A stretch of 64,000 nucleotides of DNA from Mobula hypostoma. Its lineage: Eukaryota. Every line of letters begins with the position of its first letter. The first letter of the stretch is position 1. The notes under the pieces were generated by a model. The model did no database searches and was not told the DNA's origin. It saw nothing but the letters and a program-made list of their open reading frames with translations. The DNA is taken from assembly GCF_963921235.1 (NCBI RefSeq), contig NC_086109.1, positions 9,612,001 to 9,676,000 on the forward strand. Reading direction: 5' to 3'. This document shows, one piece after another, positions 24,176 through 64,000 of the stretch. The position numbers were made by a program, and so were the translations under genes.

Positions 24176-25231
24176 TGGTGAGTTGGTTTCATCTCTCTTA
24201 ACATTTCCATTCTATTATCTCTGGTTAACTCATGAAAGCTGTTATAAATGTCTAATAGAATCATAGAGTCATACAGCAAGGAAACAGGACCTTTGGCCCA
24301 AATTGTCCATGCCAGCCAGAGTTCCAATCCAAGGTGGCCCCATTTACTTCCATCTTGCCCATAATCTTCTCAACCTTTCCTATTTATGCATCTGACAACT
24401 GTCTTTTAAAGATAAAGATTTGCTTTCTTTGTCATTTTACATGGAAACATACAGTGAAGTACATAATTTTTACCAGCAAATGATGTGCTGGAGTCAGTGT
24501 GCAAGTGTCGCCATGCTTCCATCACCTAAATTGCATGCCCACAAAGCACGGCTAGCTGAAACTAGAACATTCAATGTTCATACCATTGGTTAGTAGCTCC
24601 CAAACAGAGGATGGGATGTCCCACTCTTCAAACTTGTGTTTGGTCTCATCATGGAGAAGGTTGAGGATAGTCAGGTGGGCGTGGCAATGGAGAGAAGAGT
24701 TAAATAACTTGGAAATAGGAATCCTAGATAGCCATGTGCACAGAGGGTAGGTGTTCCCATGGCAAGCGTAAAAATTTTTGCTGGCACGGTCATACAATGT
24801 CATCTGATTCTTTTAATCGAACTCAGAATAAATGACGCACAATGATTATCTTTACCTGCCAAATGAAGCGGCAAATTACTTTTTATAACCCCAGAGAACA
24901 CTGACTGCGCACCAGCTGGACGGTTGCAGAATACGTGACGTTGGAGGATATGTTTTTAAATCCTTGCCAAATGGCAATGACTGAACCCAGGTGCGGACTA
25001 ATGGCAGACTCCCATGCAGAGATGGAAACAAAAGGTTATACATAGGAATTCCAACTGAACATTGGCGGCTCGAATGAGCAACACTGCAAGACAAATCATT
25101 CTTAACACAAGGACCCCACAAAGGGCACTTTGCAGGAGTCCACTTTATCTATATCACAGAATGCAGAATGCCAGTCACAATTAACTTAACAAGATTAAAC
25201 AGAAAGCACCAGGGCTTAATGAACTTAGTTA

Positions 25232-25660
25232 TGTCACAACCATAGATTCAGCAGTGCAGTAAATACAGCAATTATGCTCATGAATATGCAGGTTTCAGCT
25301 AATTATGATGATTTCATTGTGATGGTACTTAACTGCATTCTTTTTGTCATAGTGCATGTTGAGGCTTGAGCAAAGCACAGCAATATTTTGCTGCCTGCTT
25401 GCATTTGGCCTTGCTTGAGAAATTGGGCTGTCAAGTCAACTGACTCTGGAGACAAGCAGTATTCGTTTTATATTTAATTGCTCCTTTCAGCTGTAGTGTT
25501 GGCTTCACTTTCCACTTGAGAGGTTTAGTTAACGACCCTGTTTGGCCTAGCATTTATTGCGTTTTTTCTCTCTAACTCTGCTCGCATTAAAGCCTAAGAT
25601 CTATTGACCTGCTTCAGCATCTCACGCTCCGCACTTGGGCCATATCCGAACGTAGTGACA
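25232..25660 (+). mobile_element. Solo LTR-like insertion nested in the left LTR
   Basis: TGTCAC...GTGACA termini; internal ATTAAA; the host LTR resumes colinearly after 25660. Confidence 0.6.
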
Positions 25661-25815
25661 ATTAGTAAATACAGTTGCTCGAGAAACCTGGAATCCCAAC
25701 ACTCAACACTGTAGAGGTCTGTAGAGCTCATGACAATACATCCTTCCCTAAGGGCAGCACCTGATGGCCTAGGGAGCCCTGGGGAACTTGATATAGGGCT
25801 AGTATACCTGAGATG

Positions 25816-26010
25816 GACCTAATGCTCTCAAGACAGGGTTGGAAAAATTTGAAACGGGCTTGATATTCTTGAGACAGGGCTGAAAAAATTTAAAACAGAC
25901 CTAATGCTCTCAAGACAGGGCTGAAGAAGTTTGAAACAGGTCTGATGCTCTTCAGATGGGGATGGAAAAATTTGAAACAGATCTGACAGTCTTGAGCCAG
26001 GACTGGTAAA
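25816..26010. repeat. 41-bp tandem repeat, about 4.5 copies
   Basis: GACCTAATGCTCTCAAGACAGGG at 25816 and 25898 (2 x 41), with degenerate units between and after. Confidence 0.75.
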
Positions 26011-26460
26011 CTCAGGACATTGCAAATAAAATTTGGAAAAATTGAATACCATAGGAGAACTAACAAACTTATCGATTCACAGAAACATGGAAAAAATCTT
26101 GAACGTAGACTTGGGACACTCAGAACATAGTCTTGGGATATAAACTGACTAAAGAAGGCACCCTCACCTCCAGCTGACTGATATCGAATCAGCTCTTGTA
26201 CATCAATTGGGTCTATTGATCACGGGGTCCATATGTCACAGTGAGCACAGGCAACGATGGAACCCAGCTGCGGAGAAATGACAGGCTCCCATGTAGAGAC
26301 AGAAACAAAAGGTTATACATATGAATTCCACAGAACATCGGAGCCACAACTGAATGACACCACGAGACAAATCATTCTCAACACAAGGGTCCCGTGTTGA
26401 ATGGTATTTGGGAGTCCGCTGTAAATAACCACAAAATGTGGAAAACCCGTGCCAGTCACA

Positions 26461-27378
26461 ATTAAATGAAGAAGGTTAAACAGAAAGACAGGGGCTTAAC
26501 GACTCTTTGTTAGACAACAATTAGTAAACACAGGTGTTTGAGAAATGCAGAAGCTGAACTCTCTATGGCATGCTACAGAAGCCCACAGAGCTCATGACAA
26601 CGGAGATGGTATACCTGTCAGTATTTGGGTACAAATGGTTACAAGAACATTACTATTTAAAATGAAGTTATTTTTTCAAATATCTTTTTGAAAGATTAAT
26701 ATTAATAAGTTTTTGAACAGGTTTTCTAAAATGCTTCATTTATTTCAATCTCTCTATTAGACTTTTATTAATAGTGACTGAATTAGTACACATAAACAAA
26801 CAAGAGGATGCATCCTTTTTCCATAAAAAATGGCCATAATTATTGTTACTTATTCAATAATTAATGATAATCTCCGCTTAAAATTACTGTGGTACACAAC
26901 AGAATTTCTTCAGATGATCATTGCCAATTTGGACACACAAATTTTCAAAAAGGTTCCCCACAACTGGTTGGTTTCACCAATGTCAAGGAGGCCACGTCAT
27001 CAATACCAAATGACGTCAACCGGGATGGAAGAAGTTCAAGGAAATATTTGCCTCACCTGAGCCATCCAGCATTCTGTTTTAGTTCTGGATTACTTTGGTA
27101 AGCAGCCAAAATAATCAAAGACTCATCCACCTGAGACAATGTCTCTTCTCTCCTCTCTCATAGGGCAGAATCTACAAAACCCTGAAAGCAGGTACCACCA
27201 GGCTCAAGGACAGCATTTCCCTGCTGTTTTAAGACTATTGAATGGTTGCCTAGCAAAATAAGATAGATTCTTGAGCTCACAATCTACCTCGATATTATCT
27301 TTCTCCTTATTGTCTACCTGCACTGCACTTTCTCTCTACTTGTAGGACTTTATTTTGCACTCTATTATTGCTCTAACT
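26461..27378 (+). repeat. Segmental duplicate block A' (paralog of 1-924)
   Basis: Same orientation as block A; offset about 26.46 kb. Confidence 0.9.
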
Positions 27379-27450
27379 TGTAGTATTTCAATGCATCATG
27401 TAATGAATTCATGAACAGTATACAAGACCAGTTTTCCACTGTACGGCAGT

Positions 27451-28316
27451 CATTATCATTATCATCATCATCATTATATGCCGTGTCGTATGACATGGGT
27501 GATCGTGGTCTCATGACTCTGATTATTCTTGGCAAATTTTCCTACAGAAATGGTTTGCCATTGCCTTCTTTGGGGTAGTCTTTACAAGACAGGAGACCCT
27601 AGCCATTATCAATACTTCTCAGACATTTTCTACCTATCGTCATTAGACTTGTGATGTGCACCAACTGCTCATGTGACCGTCCACCATCTGCTCCCGTGGG
27701 TTCCCGTGGTCCCTGATTGATGGTGGGGGGGGGGGGTTTGCTGAGCAGCTCCTGCAATTTACTCAGGTTTGACCTGCAAGCCAGCGGAGTGAAGGAGCAT
27801 CTTACTCCTCCTTTGTTAGAGACATATCTCCACCCCGCTGCCCAAGGTGCAGTTCTGGAGATCCCATTACAGGAAATACGTGGAGGTTCAGAAGAGGTTC
27901 ACCATGATGCTGCCTGGATTAGAGAGTATTAGCTACAAGAGGGGATCGGGCAAAATTGAGTTGTTTTCTCAGGTGCATCAGAGGCTGAATGGAGTCCTTA
28001 TAAATAAATGAGATGCAAAAACAGGATAGATTGTCAATTTTGTTCACAGCGTAGAAATTACAAGTGCTAGATGCCAGGCATTTAAAGTGAGTGGATGGAA
28101 GTTTAAAGGAGATTTGAGGGGTCCTTATTGCTGCCTGCTACGGAAAGCTGTTGGAGTTGGTGCGTGAAGGCGGTGTGCAATCAAACAATGAGTGATTGTC
28201 TTGGATGTCTTTTCTTGACCCTACTAGACATTGGTAATGCAGAATATTGTAAGTACGGTTCAATGGTTTACTGGAAAGACCAGCCGCTGGAGAGCTGTGC
28301 AGCCTTGGTTGTAGTG
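27451..28316 (+). repeat. Duplicate block B' (paralog of gene 2 intron 4, about 40664-41584)
   Basis: Same order of three TE fragments with shared junctions and shared idiosyncratic sequence (GGGATCGGGCAAAATTGAGTTGTTTTCTCAG, GAATGGAGTCCTTATAAA). Confidence 0.85.
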
Positions 28317-28450
28317 CAGGGTCACAAGGACATGTATTTAAGATCTTTACACCTCCCCCCGCCACCACTGCAGTACTTCAGTACTCGTGACAATAATAAA
28401 ACAATTCCAATTCTGACGTCTACAGTCTTTCTTCTCCCCAGAGGCCTGTT

Positions 28451-28791
28451 CCAGGGTGTGTATCTGAAATGTACCAGAGATAAGTAAAGTAAGCAATTAC
28501 AATCTCTTTGCCTCCTGTTTATTATAAATGTATGATTATTTTACTGGGTGTAACTATTATATATTTCTACTTCTGATGTTCGTTCCACAGTGATTAACTC
28601 TCAAGGAATGCAATTTTCACATGGTTCTGATAGAGCACAACAAACATCCCACATGTAAAAATTATCTAAGAACATTCCAGAGTAATTCACACCTCACTTC
28701 CCTGGAGACTTTTCACTGGGTTGGTCTTTGTACAGTTTTCTGATCCATTATAATCCAATCCCTCAAGCTCTGTCTTAAAGCTTCAATTCCT
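28451..28791 (+). promoter_or_regulatory. Gene 2 proximal promoter (copy P1)
   Basis: TATAA 28749-28753; AGATAA 28478-28483; TTATCT 28662-28667; non-repetitive DNA directly upstream of exon 1. Confidence 0.6.
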
Positions 28792-28818
28792 GAGTCCAGT
28801 TTGATGAAGTCCATCAGG

Positions 28819-61349
<32,531 letters not shown>

Positions 61350-62235
61350 GTATGCTGAACTGAAGTGAAACCAAAAACATTCCTGGATTCTTCTTGTGAC
61401 GATAACCTTGCTCTTGTCTCCTATTTAAATCCGAGAGCTATCTGCTGGAGAGAAATATGTTGGAAAGTTAAATCCCTTTATTGCTACAGTCACTTTGTCA
61501 AGGAGCCGTAATCCTTTGGCCTACCATGCCTGTCCTGACCAGGTCTCCATGTTATATAAATTCCATCTACCAATGCTTGATCTCAAAGTTCAAAGTAAAT
61601 TTTATTATCAAAGTACATGTATGTCATGATATAGAACCCTGAGATTCATTTTCTTGTGAGAACACTCAATAAATCTATAGAATAATAACCAATCAATGAA
61701 AGACTGTCCAACTTGTGGGTTCAACCAATGAGCAGAAGACAACAAACTGAACAAGTAGAAAAAGAAGTAATAATAATAATAATAAAAAATAAGCAATAAA
61801 TATCAAGAACAAGAGATGAAGAGTCCTTGAAAGTGAGCCCATTAGCTGTGGGAACAGATTAAAGACGGGGCAGGTGAAATTGAGTGAAGTTATCCTCTTT
61901 GTTCCAGGAGCCTGATGGTTGAGGGGTAATAACGGTACCTGAACCTAGTGGTATGAGCCCTGGGGCTCCTGTACCTTCTTCCTGAAGCCAGCAGCAAGAA
62001 GAGAGCGTGACCTGGGTGGTGGTGGGGGGGTCCTTGATGGTGAATGCTGCTTTCTTATGACAGCACTCCTTGTAGATCTGCTTAGTGATGGGAAGGGCTT
62101 TGTCTGCGATCGACTGGGCTGTATCCTCACATCGCTCGAATCATTTCCTCTCCGTGCACACTTCCAAATGTCTTAAACATTTTGACTGAATCTGCCAATA
62201 CTATATCCTGTGGCAGCTAATTCCGTATACACTGT

Positions 62236-63161
62236 TGTCAGGTACCCCGTGACGGGAATAAAGAAACCAGCAGAAATAGAAACCACTTTGGAGTCTCGTA
62301 TTGCTATAAACTAATAATATTTATTAGTAACTACGCAATACAGTAATATCAATGTAAGTAAATCACACAGGTTAGCGATGATTATATATAAAAGTAAGTG
62401 TGGAATATATATGTATGAAAACCAAGCTTCTTTAAGTCTAGGGGTAAAAAGATACGGTCTTACGATGTTGAGTAAAGTTCAGTTCAGTTCGTGGTATTTA
62501 GTTGAGTAGTGATGGAGAGAGAGAGAGTGAGTCGAGTCTTCAGGTGAGCTGATGCCGTTGATCTTCTCGTCGTCCTCTGAGATCCTTTACAAGTCACCGA
62601 CTGTGACTTTAACCAGGGGGACCGGTCTTCTGTGGTGGAGCTATCACCCCGGCAAGGGTGGACACATAGACAACTCCCCACCGGTCAACCCCTTCTCCTT
62701 AACCTGGAATAGCAACTTGGATCGATCCATCTGATCGATCATCCAAAACCCACTTTCTCTGCGGGCACAACAATGCTCATTCAGTGTCCAGATCATGTGT
62801 CTGAGGTCTGTATCATCTGACCCCCCATTTATTTCACCAGGCTGAGCATCACCTGTCATTCAAAGTGTCCCTCCTTCCTTTATCTGTAAAGGAAATGCAC
62901 AAGCAGGCAATAAATCCTTGAAAGTAACATAAACAATCTGCCTTTGGTCACCATAGCAACTTTCGAGCTGTTCGGTGCTGTCTCCAACTCCAAACTCAGT
63001 AAAAATCCAAAGTTACTTCCAATGCCTTAAAGTGACAGTCCAACCGTTGATCTTCGTCTCTCTCTCTCTCTCTTTTCAAAAGCAACATATTGATGGTAAA
63101 TAACTCTGTCTCTCTCTCTTCGAAAGCACAGTTAATAGGGGCACTCCTGGATCCTCTCACA
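62236..63161 (-). mobile_element. 926-bp solo LTR in gene 2 intron 7
   Basis: TGT...ACA termini; 4-bp TSD CTGT (62232-62235 and 63162-63165); interrupts an older CR1 fragment; orientation inferred from TTTATT near 62320. Confidence 0.75.
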
Positions 63162-64000
63162 CTGTGTAAAAAACTTGTCCCTCAGTTTCCTTTTAAATCA
63201 TTCCCCTCTCTTCTTAAAACGTATTCCCTCTAGTTTTAGACTCCTCTACCGTGGAATAAGACTGTGACCATCCACCTTATGTAAGCACCTCATGATTTTA
63301 TTTACCTTTATCAGGTGACAGGTCAGCCTCCTTTGATTTAGTCTTTCCTTATAACTAAAGCTGTCCAGTCCCAGAACCACCCCAGTGAATCTTTTCCGCA
63401 CCCTCCCCAGTTTAATGACGCCCTTCCTATAACTGGGATAGACTGACATTGTTCTGAGGTCTAACGGGCCAAAAAGCCTCCTTCTCTGTCACAATGAAAT
63501 ATTAAATGTGGTCAGATCTGAACACATTCCAGACCAAACACCAGCTAGCCACCTCTAGGAACTCTGTCGTGGATGGTCCCAAACCCGGCTACGGAAGGAC
63601 GAGGGTCGATCACAGGGCTGGCAACCCCATCCCGTTAAAACCCAGAGCTACAGCAGTGTTAACAGAAGCTCCAAGGACCTTGTCCCTGGGAGAGGAGGAT
63701 CATTCAGGATGGGCTGCACCTGGGGGACATTATGACGTACTGGCCCAGGACAGAGAGCTCTGGTGAGCTGCTGTCAATGGCCAATGCCCCAGGAGGAGTG
63801 ATGGACTAAGAAGGAGCCCCTCCTTCAAGGTTTCTGTTGAGGAAGATAAAACATTGTTTGATGCAACACACACACAAAATGCTGGAGGAACTCAGCAGGC
63901 CAGGCAGCATCTGTGGAAAAGAGTACAGTTGATGCTTTGGGCCGAGACCCTTCTTCAGGACTGGAAAGGAAGGGGAGAAGTCAGAATAAGGGGGTGGAAG

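Larger units (their letters stand above)
24970..26599 (-). mobile_element. Small non-autonomous LTR element (two diverged LTRs, non-coding interior with 41-bp repeats, nested solo LTR)
   Basis: LTR 26234-26599 (TGTCA...TGACA); second LTR about 24970-25735 ending CTCATGACA; PPT-like and PBS-like sequences at the inner edges. Confidence 0.65.

Noticed and set aside
61350..64000. Absence of gene 2 exons 8-9 as evidence of a pseudogene
   Set aside because: The window ends 2.6 kb into intron 7, other introns here reach 14 kb, and exons 1-7 have no lesions

Overview
Eukaryotic vertebrate DNA, about two-thirds transposon remnants. The repeat landscape (CR1 LINEs with (AGAAACAT)n tails, Rex1/Babar, RTE, Penelope-derived short repeats) suggests a cartilaginous fish, probably a ray; this is inference. 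Two spliced pepsin-family (A1) aspartic protease genes lie in tandem on the + strand. Gene 1 (11757-22862) is complete, with 9 exons and 386 aa. It most resembles embryonic pepsinogen/prochymosin, carries unusual extra cysteines, and has a TATA/E-box promoter with seven clustered GATA sites. Gene 2 (28819 to beyond 61349; exons 1-7 in the window) is cathepsin E-like. The intergenic region is a patchwork of local duplications: an orphan second promoter copy, a copy of gene 2 intron 4, and a block shared with the window start. Also present are a young CR1 with an open 790-aa ORF, Penelope-derived repeats with minimal hammerhead-ribozyme cores (two folded into ~78-bp hairpins), a small non-autonomous LTR element, solo LTRs and a 1.66-kb compound (GT) microsatellite. 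No prokaryotic systems, CRISPR arrays, rRNA or true tRNA genes were seen. Protein-family comparisons are from remembered reference sequences, not from a search.
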